Origin: Candidatus Aminicenantes bacterium
GTDB taxonomy: Bacteria > Acidobacteriota > Aminicenantia > Aminicenantales > Saccharicenantaceae
Assembly: GCA_034679465.1 (NCBI GenBank)
Contig: JAXDAV010000032.1
Location: 59,247 to 123,246, forward strand
Length of the DNA stretch: 64,000 bases
Direction of reading: 5' to 3'
Part shown: piece by piece, positions 45,665 through 56,168 of the stretch
Numbering within the stretch: the first letter of the stretch is position 1
Layout: each line of letters begins with the position of its first letter
Notes under the pieces: generated by a model
Told to the model about the DNA's origin: nothing
The model's database searches: none
The model's input: the letters and a program-made list of their open reading frames with translations, nothing else
Made by a program: the position numbers and the translations under genes

Positions 45665-48373
45665 CTACCTCTTCAGCTCGAACATGTAGGCGCCGCTGCC
45701 GACCTTGAAGGCAACGCGCTTCCTGTCGTCCCCGGCCGGGTCGATCTCCGGGACCGGATCGACCGCGTGCCCGGCGCGCCAGAGGAGCTTCCCCGACTCG
45801 AGGATCCTGGCCCCGGGCCAGAGCAGGGGGACATGGACCTCGCCGGTCGCGCCGACGGGGACCGTGACTTCGAGCGAAAGCCCGTCCCCGGCCAATCTCC
45901 ACGACGCTTCGACCCGGCCGGCGACCGTGTCCAGCCGGGCCTCGACGAACGTGAGGTCTCCGAGGACGTGGGGCCGGAACCGGACCGCCCTCCAGCCCGG
46001 GAGGAGAGGGGAGAGCCCGGCCAGGACGCGATAGAACCAGCCGTCGACGGCGCCGAGCATGACGTGGTTCTGGGAGTTCATGGCCTGCCCGGTCAGCTTC
46101 TCCCAGCGCTCCCAGAGGGTCGTGGCGCCTTCGGCCAGCATATAGCCCCAGCCGGGATAGCTTTTCTGCGTGGCCGTGCGGTAGGCGGCCTCCGCTTGGC
46201 CGGCCTCGGTCAGGACGTCGAGGATATAGCGCGTCCCGAGGATCCCGGTGTCGACGTGATAGTCCTGCTGGCGGACGACGCTCTGGACGAGGCTGGCCAC
46301 GACCTTGTCCTTCCTGTCCGCCGGGACCATGTCCAGGTAGAGAGGCAGGGCGTTGGAGGTCTGGTTCGGGTAGGTGTCCACGGGGCTGACGCGGATGGCC
46401 GCGTATTGGGTCTCGCCGAGGTAGGCCCCGTTGAAGGCCGCTTTGACGGACTCGGCCAGCCGGGCGTACTGCTGGGTCTCCTCGGCCCGGCCGAGCACGG
46501 AGGCGAGGCGGGCCAGGATGAGCACGTCGTGGTAGTAATACCAGGTCGAGGTCAGGTCCACGGGCGTCTTCTTGGGCACGATCCCGCCGGGGGGGCACCA
46601 GTCGCCGTACTTGCCGAGGGAGCGGATGAGGCCCCGGTCCGCGTTCCGGCCGAGATAGTCGATGTAGCGCTTCAGGCTCCCGTAGTGGGCGGCGACGAGG
46701 CCGCGGTCGCCGTAATGGTCCCAGAGGAGCTCGACGAGCGTGGCATAGGCCGAGCTCCAGGCCGGGTCGGCGGGGTAGAGGCGCGGGAGATAGGGCGGCA
46801 CGACGTCGGGGAGGCTCCCGTCGTCCTTCTGGGCCAGACGGATGTCGTCGAGGAACTTGGCATAGAAGGCCGCCATGTTGAAGTTGAACACGGCCTCTTC
46901 GGCCGAGAGATGGGCGTCGCCGAGCCAGCCGTGCCGCTCGTCGCGCTGGGGGCAATCGGTGGGGATGCTCATGAGGTTCGAGAGCTGGCCCCAGAGGACG
47001 TTCCCGTGGATGGCGTTGACCAGCTCGCTCGACGTGCGGAGCTCGCCCGCGGGCTCGACGTCCGAATGGACGAAACGGCCCTCGAGGGCGTCGGGTCCGG
47101 GCTCGCCGGGGTACCCGGTCATCTCGACGTAGCGGAAGCCGTGGTAGGTGAACCGGGGCTCGTGGACCTCGGGCCCGCCCCCGCGCAGGATATAGATGTC
47201 GGTGGCCTCGGCGTTCTCGTTGGGCCCGAAGTTGAGCGTCCCGTCCTCGTGGAGGAGCTCGGCGTGGCGGAGGCGGACCTCCGTGCCCATCGGCCCCTCG
47301 ACGTTCAGCCGGGTCCAGCCGGAGAAGTTCTGCCCGAAGTCGAAGACGGCGGCCCCGGAGGAGAGCCGGCGGACCGACCGCGGCGCGAGCGTTGCGGCGA
47401 CCCGGACCGGGGGCATCATCTGGGAGACCAGAGGGTATCCGGCGCAGGAGACGGCCTTGTCCCAGGCCCGGTCGTCGAACCCCGGCTGGTCCCAGCCGTC
47501 GATGAGGATCCGGGCGTCGTACCGTTCGCCGTAATACAGGCCGTTCTCCTGCAGGGGACCGTTCGACGTCCTCCATCTCTCGTCGGAGAACAAGACCCGC
47601 CGCTCGCCGCTCTCGGACTCGATCTCGATGCGGCAGGTGAGCTTGGGCGCGTCGTAGCCGTAGCTCCGGATGTGGCGGCCGTTGCCGAGGATGACGCCGA
47701 CGGCGTTCTTGTCGCGGAGGAGGCCGGTCACGTCGTGGGAGGCATAGAGGGCCTTCTTCCCGTAGTCCGTCCAGCCCGGATCGAGGACGCTCGTCCCGAC
47801 CTTCGCCCCGTTCAGGCGCAGCTCGTAGTGGCCGAGGCCGGAGATGAAGATCATGGCCAGGGCGGCCCGGTCCCTGCAGGCGAATTCGTGCCGGAAGTAG
47901 ACCGCGCAGGCCTGGCTGTCCTCGGGGCCCGGGTGGCCGAGGAGGACCGTTCCCTTGGAGCGGAACTCCGTGACGCGCCGCGCGGCGATCCACTTCGGCT
48001 TCCAATCGCCGGGGTTGAGGAACCCCGTCACGAACGACGCCGGCTCGCTCCACGGGCTGACCCGGCCTTCGCGGTCCCGCCAGCGGACCTTCCAGAAGTA
48101 CCGGGCGCAGCTCGAGAGGGGCTCGCCCCGGTATTCCAGGGCCGGGGCCCCGTCCCCTTCGATCAGGCCCGTGTCCCAGAAGTCGCCGATATCGCTCCGG
48201 AGGAGCTCCTCCGCGGACGAGACGAGGACGTGGAGGCCTTTCGGGCGGTCGCCCCGGACCGGGCTCTCGACGACCCACGAAAGCCGCGGCGAAGCGGTAT
48301 CGACGCCGAGCGGTTCGTCGAGATATTGACAGCGGAGGCGGGCGGGGGGGCGCGGCGTCATGGCGGACCTCAC
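45665..48373 (-). CDS. alpha-L-rhamnosidase (glycoside hydrolase family 78)
   Basis: N-terminal ...RLSWVV...KGLHVLVSSAEEL... and overall GH78 architecture (about 900 aa). Confidence 0.75.
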   Translation of the reverse strand: MRSAMTPRPPARLRCQYLDEPLGVDTASPRLSWVVESPVRGDRPKGLHVLVSSAEELLRSDIGDFWDTGLIEGDGAPALEYRGEPLSSCARYFWKVRWRDREGRVSPWSEPASFVTGFLNPGDWKPKWIAARRVTEFRSKGTVLLGHPGPEDSQACAVYFRHEFACRDRAALAMIFISGLGHYELRLNGAKVGTSVLDPGWTDYGKKALYASHDVTGLLRDKNAVGVILGNGRHIRSYGYDAPKLTCRIEIESESGERRVLFSDERWRTSNGPLQENGLYYGERYDARILIDGWDQPGFDDRAWDKAVSCAGYPLVSQMMPPVRVAATLAPRSVRRLSSGAAVFDFGQNFSGWTRLNVEGPMGTEVRLRHAELLHEDGTLNFGPNENAEATDIYILRGGGPEVHEPRFTYHGFRYVEMTGYPGEPGPDALEGRFVHSDVEPAGELRTSSELVNAIHGNVLWGQLSNLMSIPTDCPQRDERHGWLGDAHLSAEEAVFNFNMAAFYAKFLDDIRLAQKDDGSLPDVVPPYLPRLYPADPAWSSAYATLVELLWDHYGDRGLVAAHYGSLKRYIDYLGRNADRGLIRSLGKYGDWCPPGGIVPKKTPVDLTSTWYYYHDVLILARLASVLGRAEETQQYARLAESVKAAFNGAYLGETQYAAIRVSPVDTYPNQTSNALPLYLDMVPADRKDKVVASLVQSVVRQQDYHVDTGILGTRYILDVLTEAGQAEAAYRTATQKSYPGWGYMLAEGATTLWERWEKLTGQAMNSQNHVMLGAVDGWFYRVLAGLSPLLPGWRAVRFRPHVLGDLTFVEARLDTVAGRVEASWRLAGDGLSLEVTVPVGATGEVHVPLLWPGARILESGKLLWRAGHAVDPVPEIDPAGDDRKRVAFKVGSGAYMFELKR

Positions 48374-48444
48374 GGATGCGACGGGCTGAAGGCGGGCCCA
48401 TTATAGGGATTCGGGGCCGGGTCTGTAAAGCCGGCCCCGCGGTG

Positions 48445-49914
48445 CTACAGGCCCGAGGAGGCGGAGGCCTGGGCCAGGAAGTAGTCGGCGACTTCGATGC
48501 CGTACTTGGCCGGGTCGAGGGCGGTCGCGATCGTCCGCTTGAACCGGCCCGTGGCGTCGTCCCGCTCGGTCAGGTCGACCGTCCCGCCGTCGAACTTGCG
48601 GCCCGTCGCGTCGGTGATGAGCTTGACCGCGGGCCGCAGGACGAGCTTGGGGTCGGGGTTGAGGTCCAGGACGATGCCGAGCTCTCCGGTCGTCAGGGCC
48701 ACCAGTGTGCCGATGGGGAAGATGCCCATCATGTTGACGAAGGCCTTGAGGATGACCGGGTTGAACTCCGTGCCGCTCTGCTCGAGCATGAGGCTCAGGG
48801 CCTCGGCCCGGGTGAAGTCCTTGGCCCGGTAGACGCGCTTGGTGGTGATGGCGTCGAAGACGTCGACGACCTTGACGATCTTGCTGAAGAGATTGACGTC
48901 GCCCTTCCGGAAATAGCGCGGGTAGCCGGACAGGTCCTCCTTGATATGGTGCTCGAGGGCGACGTGGATGGCCCGCAGGGGCAGGCGCCGGAACTCCTGG
49001 AGGAGGGCCAGCTTCTCGGCGCCGTGGAAGGGGTGCTTTTCCATGATGTCGCGCTCGGCCTCGGTCAGGCGGCCCGGCTTGTTCAGGATCTCGAGCGGCG
49101 TCTCGGTCTTGCCCAGGTCGTGGAAGAAGGCGGCCATGCCCAGGTCGACGAGCTCGGCTCGGCTCAGGCCGAGCCGGCGGCCGAGCGCTGTCGCCAGCAG
49201 GCAGACGTTGACGGAATGGTTGAGCGTGTACTCGTCGTGGTTCTTGATGTTGGTCAGGCCGTGGACGAAGCCCTCGTCCTCGACGATGTGGTTGTAGATC
49301 GACTGCATGAGGCGCCGCGTCGTGCTGATCTTGATGGGCTCGTTGCGCTGGTCGCGGCCGAACGACTCCTTGAGGTGGACGATGCTGAGGAAGAACAGCC
49401 GGGCCGAGCTCTGATGGATCCCCTGCGGGATCTCCTCGTCGGAGATCTTCTCCAGCCCGACGTTGCGGACGCCGGCCGCGTCGAGGTCGGCCAGGAGCTG
49501 GGCGTAGCCGTCGGCGTCCTTCTTCTCGCGCTTGGCGAAGACGGACATGAAGGCGAGGAGCTCGTCCCGGGTCAGGCCCGGCAGGAAATCGATCGCCTCG
49601 ACGTTCCGGGTGCGGAATTCCTCGATCGCCGCCTTGAACATGCCGTAGGTCCCGACGCCGAACTTGAGCCGGACGCCGTTCATGAGCAGGACGCCCTGAC
49701 GGACGCGCAGGGACGCTTCGCCGGCGTCCTTGAGGACGGCCGAGAGACTGTCGAAGAAGAGACGGCCCTGCTCCTGGAAGGCGTCGTTGCGGGTGTCGTA
49801 GATCTTGGCGATCTTGTCCACGATGTGGAACCGGGTGAGGAGCTCGACGCCGGCCCTCTGGAAGGCCTTGGCTTCGGCCCCGGTCGCTGGCTTGGGGATG
49901 CTTTTTTCGTCCAT
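48445..49914 (-). CDS. HD-GYP domain c-di-GMP phosphodiesterase
   Basis: HD motif (FFHDLGK) and HHxxxDGxGYP (EHHIKEDLSGYP). Confidence 0.8.
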   Translation of the reverse strand: MDEKSIPKPATGAEAKAFQRAGVELLTRFHIVDKIAKIYDTRNDAFQEQGRLFFDSLSAVLKDAGEASLRVRQGVLLMNGVRLKFGVGTYGMFKAAIEEFRTRNVEAIDFLPGLTRDELLAFMSVFAKREKKDADGYAQLLADLDAAGVRNVGLEKISDEEIPQGIHQSSARLFFLSIVHLKESFGRDQRNEPIKISTTRRLMQSIYNHIVEDEGFVHGLTNIKNHDEYTLNHSVNVCLLATALGRRLGLSRAELVDLGMAAFFHDLGKTETPLEILNKPGRLTEAERDIMEKHPFHGAEKLALLQEFRRLPLRAIHVALEHHIKEDLSGYPRYFRKGDVNLFSKIVKVVDVFDAITTKRVYRAKDFTRAEALSLMLEQSGTEFNPVILKAFVNMMGIFPIGTLVALTTGELGIVLDLNPDPKLVLRPAVKLITDATGRKFDGGTVDLTERDDATGRFKRTIATALDPAKYGIEVADYFLAQASASSGL

Positions 49915-49925
49915 TCCCGTTGTCC

Positions 49926-51800
49926 CTAGGCCCGGGGCCCTCCTGAGGGCGGCAGGCGGACGAGCGCGGCCTCGCAGGCTTCGCGGACCTTTTTCGTCCG
50001 GCCGAGGACGCCCTTTTGAAGCGCCTGGACGGCCTCGTCGGTCGCCATGCTCTCCAGGCCGGCCACGGCGGCCAGCCGGGCCTCGAGGCGCTTCTTCGAC
50101 GCGAACAGGCCGGACTTCAGGAGCGTTCCGCTGAGGAACTCGAGGGCTTCGGCCGATCTCGTCCGGCCGAGGTAGGCGAGCAGGGCCTCCTTCTCCTTGA
50201 GGCTTTTCGCCTGGAATTCCCGGCCCGAGGCCTCGCGCAGGATCTGCTGGACGCGCGCCCCTCCCTGGGCGGGGTCGAGGACCAGGACCGCCTGGATCCG
50301 GACCTCCTCGTCGGGGTCGTTGAGGAACCCGGCGAGGATGCGGCCGGCCATCGGGTCCCCGGACCGCCCCAGGACCCGGATGGCCTCGGACTTGATCTCC
50401 TTGTTCTGGAAATTCACGAACGGCGCGAGATGGGGGATGCCCCGGCTGTCGCGGATCCGGGCCAGGATGCCGATGATCTGACGCGCCAGGTCGGGCCGGG
50501 CGTTGTCGGCCAGGCCGGCCAGGAGCCCGGGATTGGCTTCGCCGGTCTTCTCGATGAAGTCGATGATCTTGTGCTTCGCTTCGCCGTCGGGGGCGATGTC
50601 GAAGAGGTCGGCGGCCAGGCCGAGCGAGGAGGGGCCGACCAGCCAGAAGAAGCCCAGCAGGGACTCCCAGTCCAGGGCCTTCTTCTTGTCCAGCAGGGTC
50701 TTGACCGCCTCGACCGTCTTGGGGCTGACGGTGCGCCTGAGGAAGCCGTCGAGCAGGGCCGCCTTGGCGGGGTCGTGGCCCAGGTTCCGGCCGAGATCGT
50801 GGACCTTCTGGATGATCAGCACGGCGACATGGAAACTGCCGCGCTGGAGCTGGTCGAAGTGATACGCCAGCAGGGCGTCGAGGCTGGCCTGGCAGCTCGC
50901 GGCGTTCTCCTCGAGATAGATGATCTCGACCATGAGGTCGATGTACTCTTCCTCCGGCGAGATCGTCCGGTTCGCCCGGACCATGGCCTCGAGGGCCTGG
51001 AGCTCGTCTTCGGTCAGGGTCGGGTCCATGGACGCGGCCGGGCTGATCAGGCTTTCGCCGACGGACGCGGCCGTATCGGGGCCGGCCGGCCCGGCTTCGG
51101 GGTCCTCGGCCGACGCGCCGGGGCCGGCCGGGTCCGACTGGGCGGCGGCCTGTTCGACCGCTTCCCGGTCCCGGGCGTCGAGATCGACCCGCCCCTGGGA
51201 GAATTTCGCCGTGTCGACCCGGACTTCGATCGTCTCCTGAGAGAGCCCGTCCGGAAGATCGGCCAGGTCCTGAAGGGCCCGCGAATCGCGGGTCTCGGCC
51301 AGGATGCGGTTCTCGAGGAATTCGTCCGGCGCGTAATATTGGATGTTCGGGAAATCGCGCTCCCAGAGGGCGACGACGATATCGCTGTCTTCGGCCGGCT
51401 TCTGGGCTTCCGCCGCGATCATCTCCAGGAACTCCAGGATCTCCGCCCGCTCCAGGCCCTGGTAGAAAAAGAGGGCCTGCAGGCCGTCCTTGAAGAAGAA
51501 GAACGGCAGGCTCTTGATGGCCACCTCGTCGACGTAGACGGGCTTCCCGCCGTAGGTGAAGGTGAACTCCTCGATGCCGACCTGGAGCTTCTGGTAGGCG
51601 GCCAGGAAGCCCGTGAATTTCTGGGTCAGCTGATCGACGAACCCTCTGACGGTCGTGTGCTCGCTCGGGAAGATCTTCATGGCCGAGACGGTGTTGGCCA
51701 GATAGTGGAGCAGGTCCTTGGCCCTTTCGACGCGAGCGGGATCGATGGTGTCGAGGGACGGCGCCTCGCTCGCCGGCGATGCCTTGGGCTCCATGCTCAT
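49926..51800 (-). CDS. HEAT-repeat protein
   Basis: The C-terminal half shows repeated ...AIRVLGRSGDP...AGFLNDPDEEVRIQAV... HEAT/PBS_lyase-like repeats. 11-nt gap to the HD-GYP gene. Confidence 0.6.
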   Translation of the reverse strand: MSMEPKASPASEAPSLDTIDPARVERAKDLLHYLANTVSAMKIFPSEHTTVRGFVDQLTQKFTGFLAAYQKLQVGIEEFTFTYGGKPVYVDEVAIKSLPFFFFKDGLQALFFYQGLERAEILEFLEMIAAEAQKPAEDSDIVVALWERDFPNIQYYAPDEFLENRILAETRDSRALQDLADLPDGLSQETIEVRVDTAKFSQGRVDLDARDREAVEQAAAQSDPAGPGASAEDPEAGPAGPDTAASVGESLISPAASMDPTLTEDELQALEAMVRANRTISPEEEYIDLMVEIIYLEENAASCQASLDALLAYHFDQLQRGSFHVAVLIIQKVHDLGRNLGHDPAKAALLDGFLRRTVSPKTVEAVKTLLDKKKALDWESLLGFFWLVGPSSLGLAADLFDIAPDGEAKHKIIDFIEKTGEANPGLLAGLADNARPDLARQIIGILARIRDSRGIPHLAPFVNFQNKEIKSEAIRVLGRSGDPMAGRILAGFLNDPDEEVRIQAVLVLDPAQGGARVQQILREASGREFQAKSLKEKEALLAYLGRTRSAEALEFLSGTLLKSGLFASKKRLEARLAAVAGLESMATDEAVQALQKGVLGRTKKVREACEAALVRLPPSGGPRA

Positions 51801-51904
51801 ATCGGTCCCTGTCTCCTCAGTTTATCCGGATCGGCCCGGGCGTCAATCTCCTGTTTAGTCGGGGAGGCGGGGGCCGGGGCCGAAAGAAACCGGAACAAAA
51901 GGCC

Positions 51905-53170
51905 TCAGCGGCGGCTGAGGACCCGGCGCTCGTAGGCTTCGACCTCCCGCAGCCACTCCCCGCCGGGCGGGACGGAGCTCTTCAGGCAATAGGCGTCCCA
52001 GACCGGCCCGAAGGGCAGGGCCTTGAGCTCCTCGAGAAGCGACAGGCGCTGGAGGGCCTTCGAGGGAGCGTCGAGCTCGCGGGCCTTTTCGGCGGGTTCG
52101 AGCAAAGCCAGGAGAAGCCCCTTGAGCACGGACCGGGCCCCGAGCACCCAGGCCCCGATCCTGTTGAAGCTGGCGTCGAAGTAATCGAGCGCGATGTGGA
52201 TGCGGTCGAGCGCCTGGCTGCGGACGATCTCGGCGGCCAGCTCGCGGACCTCGTCGTTGAGCAGGACGACGTGGTCGCTGTCCCAGCGCACGCCGCGGCT
52301 GACGTGGAGGAGGATCTCGCCGGAGAAGGGGAGGATGGCCGAGATCTTGTCGGCCACGGACTCGGTCGGGTGGAAGTGACCGAGGTCGAGACAGACGATC
52401 TTGCCCCGCGTCAGCGCGTAGCCCAGGTAGAATTCATGCGAGCCGACGACGAAGGACTCACTGCCGATGCCGAACAGTTTGCTCTCGACGGCGTCCTTCA
52501 TCTGCTGGGGGCTGTATTCGACCTCGTAGATCTCGTCGAGGGACTTGAGAAGCGCGGCCCGGGCCCCCCAGCGGTCGGTGGGGACGTCCTTGGCGCCGTC
52601 GGGGATCCAGAGGTTGTGCAGGCAGGAGGCCTGTTGCTCCCGGCCGATCGAGGCGGCGACCCTGCGACAGCACTTGACGTGATCGACCCAGAACCTGCGG
52701 GTGCCGTTCTCGCGGCTGCTCAGGGTCCGGCCCGAAGCCGCCTGGGGATGGGCGAAGCAGGTGGCGTTGAAGTCGAGCTTCAGGTCGTGGCGGAGGGCCC
52801 ATTCGGTCCAGCCGCGGAAATGAGCGGGCTCGATGGCGTCGCGGTCGACGGCTCCCTCCCCGAACTCGCCGTACATGGCGTGGAGGTTGACCCGATGGCG
52901 GCCGGGGATGAGGGCGAACGCCTGCTCGAGGTCGGCCCGGAGCTCCTCGACGGTGCGCGCCCGGCCCGGGTAGGCCCCGGTCACCTGGAGGCCGCTTCCG
53001 GCCAGGCCGCCGGCCCGCTTCTCGAAGCCGCCGACGTCGTCTCCCTGCCAGCAGTGGAGCGACAGCGGGATCGCCCGCAGGCGGGCCAGGGCCTTCTCGG
53101 TGTCGATGCCGCGCTCGGCGTACCGGTCGCGGGCCGAAAGGTAGGTCTTTTCGATAAGCGCCGGATCCAT
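51905..53170 (-). CDS. rhaA: L-rhamnose isomerase
   Basis: SLHCWQGDDVGGFE and overall match to RhaA (about 420 aa). Start taken at the ATG encoding MDPALIE, with GGAGG 10 nt upstream. Confidence 0.8.
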   Translation of the reverse strand: MDPALIEKTYLSARDRYAERGIDTEKALARLRAIPLSLHCWQGDDVGGFEKRAGGLAGSGLQVTGAYPGRARTVEELRADLEQAFALIPGRHRVNLHAMYGEFGEGAVDRDAIEPAHFRGWTEWALRHDLKLDFNATCFAHPQAASGRTLSSRENGTRRFWVDHVKCCRRVAASIGREQQASCLHNLWIPDGAKDVPTDRWGARAALLKSLDEIYEVEYSPQQMKDAVESKLFGIGSESFVVGSHEFYLGYALTRGKIVCLDLGHFHPTESVADKISAILPFSGEILLHVSRGVRWDSDHVVLLNDEVRELAAEIVRSQALDRIHIALDYFDASFNRIGAWVLGARSVLKGLLLALLEPAEKARELDAPSKALQRLSLLEELKALPFGPVWDAYCLKSSVPPGGEWLREVEAYERRVLSRR

Positions 53171-53223
53171 CCTCAGCCCTCCTCGCAGGAACGCCATCGT
53201 TATATGCTCCCTCTCCCGGCCTG

Positions 53224-54714
53224 TCAAGCCTCGGCGAGGCTCCGGAACCGGGCCGAGGCGGCGTCCCAGGCGGCGGGAGAGCCCGAGGGGGCGTAGGTCC
53301 GGAGGTCGAAGGAGCGGCGGACGAGAGCCCTCATCTCGGCCGGCGAGGCGACGCATCCCAGGGCCATGGCCTGGACGAGGATGTTGCCGACGGCCGTCGC
53401 TTCGGCCGGGCCGGCGACGACCGGAAGCCCGGTCGCGTCGGCGGTCAGTTGGCACAGCAGGGCGTTGCGGGCGCCGCCGCCGATGACGTGGATCCTTTCG
53501 ATGGGGCGCCCCAGGACGAGCCGGAGCTCGTCGATGACCTGCCTGTACTTGAGGGCCAGGCTCTCGAGCAGGGCGCGAATGAGGGCGGCCCTCGTTAAAG
53601 GCGGCGTCTGGCCGGTCGCCCGGCAATAGGCGGCGGCGGCCTCGGGCATATCCGCCGGGTTGAGGAAGCGCGGATCGTCCGGGTCGACGAGGGCCGTGAA
53701 CGCCGGGGCCTCCGCGGCGGCCCGGGTCAGCTCGTCGTAGCTGACCGGGCCTTCCGCCGACCAGGCCCTGCGGCAGCCCTGGACGAGCCAGAGGCCGGAC
53801 ACGTTCTTGAGGAAGCGGACCGTTCCCGCGACGCCGCCCTCGTTGGTGAAGTTGGCCTCGAGCGATTGTTCCGAGATGACGGGCGCCTTCTCCTCGACGC
53901 CGACGAGCGACCAGGTCCCCGACGAGATGTAGGCCCAGCGCTCCCCCTCCGCGGGCACGGCCGCGACCGCGGCGGCGGTGTCGTGGCCGGCCGTGGCCAC
54001 CACCGGGACGCGGCGGAGCCCGGTCGCCGAGGCGACGTCCTCCGCGAGCGGCCCGAGCACGGTCCCGGGTTCGACGAGGTCCTGCAGGAGCTTCTTGGAC
54101 AGGCCCATGGCCTGGAAGAGGCCGGGGACCCAGGACTTCGTGCGGGGGTCGAGGAGCTGGGACGTCGAGGCGATCGTCAGCTCGGCGGCCTTCCGTCCGG
54201 TGAGAAGGAAATTGAACAGGTCCGGCATGAAGAGCAGGTCCGCGGCCGCGTCGAGCAGGGGCGACCTCTCCCGGACCATGGCGTAGATCTGGAAGAGAGT
54301 GTTGAAGGGCATGAGCTGGATGCCCGTCGCCTCGTAGAGGGCCGGCCGCGGGACGAGCTTGAAGTAGTCCTCCATGGCGCCCGCGTTGCGGCGGTCGCGG
54401 TAGCAGAAGGGCAGGCCGAGCAGGCTGCCGTCCCTGGCCAGCAGTCCGAAATCGACGCCCCAGGCGTCGACGGCGAGGCTCGTGGGCCGGCCGCCGATCG
54501 CGGCCGCCGCGTCCCGCATGGCCGCCTTCATCTCATCGAAGAGGGCATAGACGTTCCAATGGATGTGCCCGGCGAGGGAAAGAGGCGCGTTCGGGAAGCG
54601 GCGGACCTCGTGGACGGCGAGCCTCGGGCCGTCGAGCGTTCCGAGGACGGCCCGGCCGCTCTCGGCCCCGAGGTCGAAGGCGAGGAAATGCGCGGCGGCG
54701 GCTTTGGGTGTCAT
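53224..54714 (-). CDS. rhaB: rhamnulokinase (FGGY carbohydrate kinase)
   Basis: LAFDLGAESGR N-terminal FGGY motif, about 490 aa, adjacent to rhaA. Confidence 0.75.
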   Translation of the reverse strand: MTPKAAAAHFLAFDLGAESGRAVLGTLDGPRLAVHEVRRFPNAPLSLAGHIHWNVYALFDEMKAAMRDAAAAIGGRPTSLAVDAWGVDFGLLARDGSLLGLPFCYRDRRNAGAMEDYFKLVPRPALYEATGIQLMPFNTLFQIYAMVRERSPLLDAAADLLFMPDLFNFLLTGRKAAELTIASTSQLLDPRTKSWVPGLFQAMGLSKKLLQDLVEPGTVLGPLAEDVASATGLRRVPVVATAGHDTAAAVAAVPAEGERWAYISSGTWSLVGVEEKAPVISEQSLEANFTNEGGVAGTVRFLKNVSGLWLVQGCRRAWSAEGPVSYDELTRAAAEAPAFTALVDPDDPRFLNPADMPEAAAAYCRATGQTPPLTRAALIRALLESLALKYRQVIDELRLVLGRPIERIHVIGGGARNALLCQLTADATGLPVVAGPAEATAVGNILVQAMALGCVASPAEMRALVRRSFDLRTYAPSGSPAAWDAASARFRSLAEA

Positions 54715-54836
54715 GGCGGTCCCGAGGCTCTTCTTATATGCGGAACGCGCCCCGTTTTCAAGTCGCGGGCTTTGAAAACGGCCCGGGATTCCCCTACAAT
54801 ACAGCCGAAGTCAACGCAGTTGCCCGCAGAGGTTCC

Positions 54837-56168
54837 ATGCCGCTCGAGGACAAGCTCAAACAGCTGAGGCGCGAACGCGAGGCCCGGTCGCGGTCCCAAA
54901 ACGTCGAGGCGACCTGGGAGAAGCTCGGCGAGGACGCCGGTCTGACGGTCAAGCAAAGGCTCGAGCGCCTGATCGCGCTCACCGACAAGGGGCGGGGGCC
55001 GGCCCCGGCGCCCGAAGCGCGGACCGGCGAGAAGAGGCGCCGCGAGCCGGTCCTCGTCTTCGAGAACTCCTACGCACTCGGCGCGAGCTACGGCCAGATC
55101 CCCATCTCCATGGGGCTGCAGATCCCGGCCGGCATCATCGGGTTCCTCAGCCGCGACGCCGCCTTCGAGGGCCTCGATCTCTCGACGGCCGTCTTCCTCG
55201 ACCTCGAGACGACCGGGCTCGCCGGCGGCACGGGGACCGTGCCGTTCCTGGTCGGGCTGGCCTACTACCGCGACGAGCGGTTCCAGGTGACCCAGTTCTT
55301 CCTCAACGAGATGGCCGAGGAGGACCGTCTCGTCCGCGAGCTGGCCCAGTTCATCATCGACCGGGGCTTCAAGTCGGTCGTCACCTACAACGGCAAGGCC
55401 TTCGACCTCCCGCTCGTCGAGACGCGCTTCGCCCTGCACCGGACGCCCTGCCCGCTGCGGGGTCTGCCGCACCTCGATTTCCTGTTCTCGGCCCGGAGCC
55501 TCTGGAAGCACAAATACGACAGCTGCCGGCTGTTCAACCTGGCCCGGCAGATCGTCCAGGCGGAACGGTCCGAGGACATCCCCGGCGCGGAGATCCCGCT
55601 CCGCTACTTCCAGTACATCCGCAACGGCGATTTCGAGCTCATCGATCCCATCCTCTACCATAACCAGGAGGACCTGCTCTCGCTTCTCGGCGTCATCGTC
55701 GCGGGCGCGATCCTCGTCGAGCGCAACCGCGAGGCCGCGGCGCGGGGCGAAGGCGACGCCATGGACCTCTACGGGGTCGCCCGCCTGTTCGAGCGGGCCG
55801 GCGACGCGACGACGTCCGCGGCCCTGCTCGAAAGGGCCTTGGCCGGGGGCCGGGGCCTGACCGCCGAAGTCTCCCAGGTGGCCCGGAAGAAGCTCTCCCA
55901 TCACTTCAAGAAGAACAAGGATTGGGACAAGGCCCTGCCGTTCTGGCAGGAGATGGCCGCGGGCGAGGAGGTCGACTGCGACTGCTTCCGGGAGCTGGCG
56001 ATGTACTTCGAGCACACGGCCAAGGACTACGACGAAGCCCTCCGCGTCGCGACCGAAGGCCTGGCCCTGGCGAAAGGGAGGTCCGCCGCGGCCGAAAAGG
56101 ACTTCGAGCGTCGGATCGCCCGTCTCCGGGGCAAGAGAGCGAAGGGGAACGGGACGGCCGGCCGATGA
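54837..56168 (+). CDS. YprB-like RNase H-fold (predicted 3'-5' exonuclease) protein with C-terminal TPR-like region
   Basis: VFLDLETTGLAGGTGTVPFLVGLAYY exonuclease-like DEDD N-terminal motif. Start at ATG 54837 with AGAGG upstream. Confidence 0.55.
   Translation: MPLEDKLKQLRREREARSRSQNVEATWEKLGEDAGLTVKQRLERLIALTDKGRGPAPAPEARTGEKRRREPVLVFENSYALGASYGQIPISMGLQIPAGIIGFLSRDAAFEGLDLSTAVFLDLETTGLAGGTGTVPFLVGLAYYRDERFQVTQFFLNEMAEEDRLVRELAQFIIDRGFKSVVTYNGKAFDLPLVETRFALHRTPCPLRGLPHLDFLFSARSLWKHKYDSCRLFNLARQIVQAERSEDIPGAEIPLRYFQYIRNGDFELIDPILYHNQEDLLSLLGVIVAGAILVERNREAAARGEGDAMDLYGVARLFERAGDATTSAALLERALAGGRGLTAEVSQVARKKLSHHFKKNKDWDKALPFWQEMAAGEEVDCDCFRELAMYFEHTAKDYDEALRVATEGLALAKGRSAAAEKDFERRIARLRGKRAKGNGTAGR

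Noticed and set aside
45645-48406. 918-aa ORF on the minus strand and 879-aa ORF on the plus strand overlapping the GH78 rhamnosidase gene
   Set aside because: Low-complexity R/G/P artefacts. The 45665-48373 frame gives a coherent GH78 sequence.
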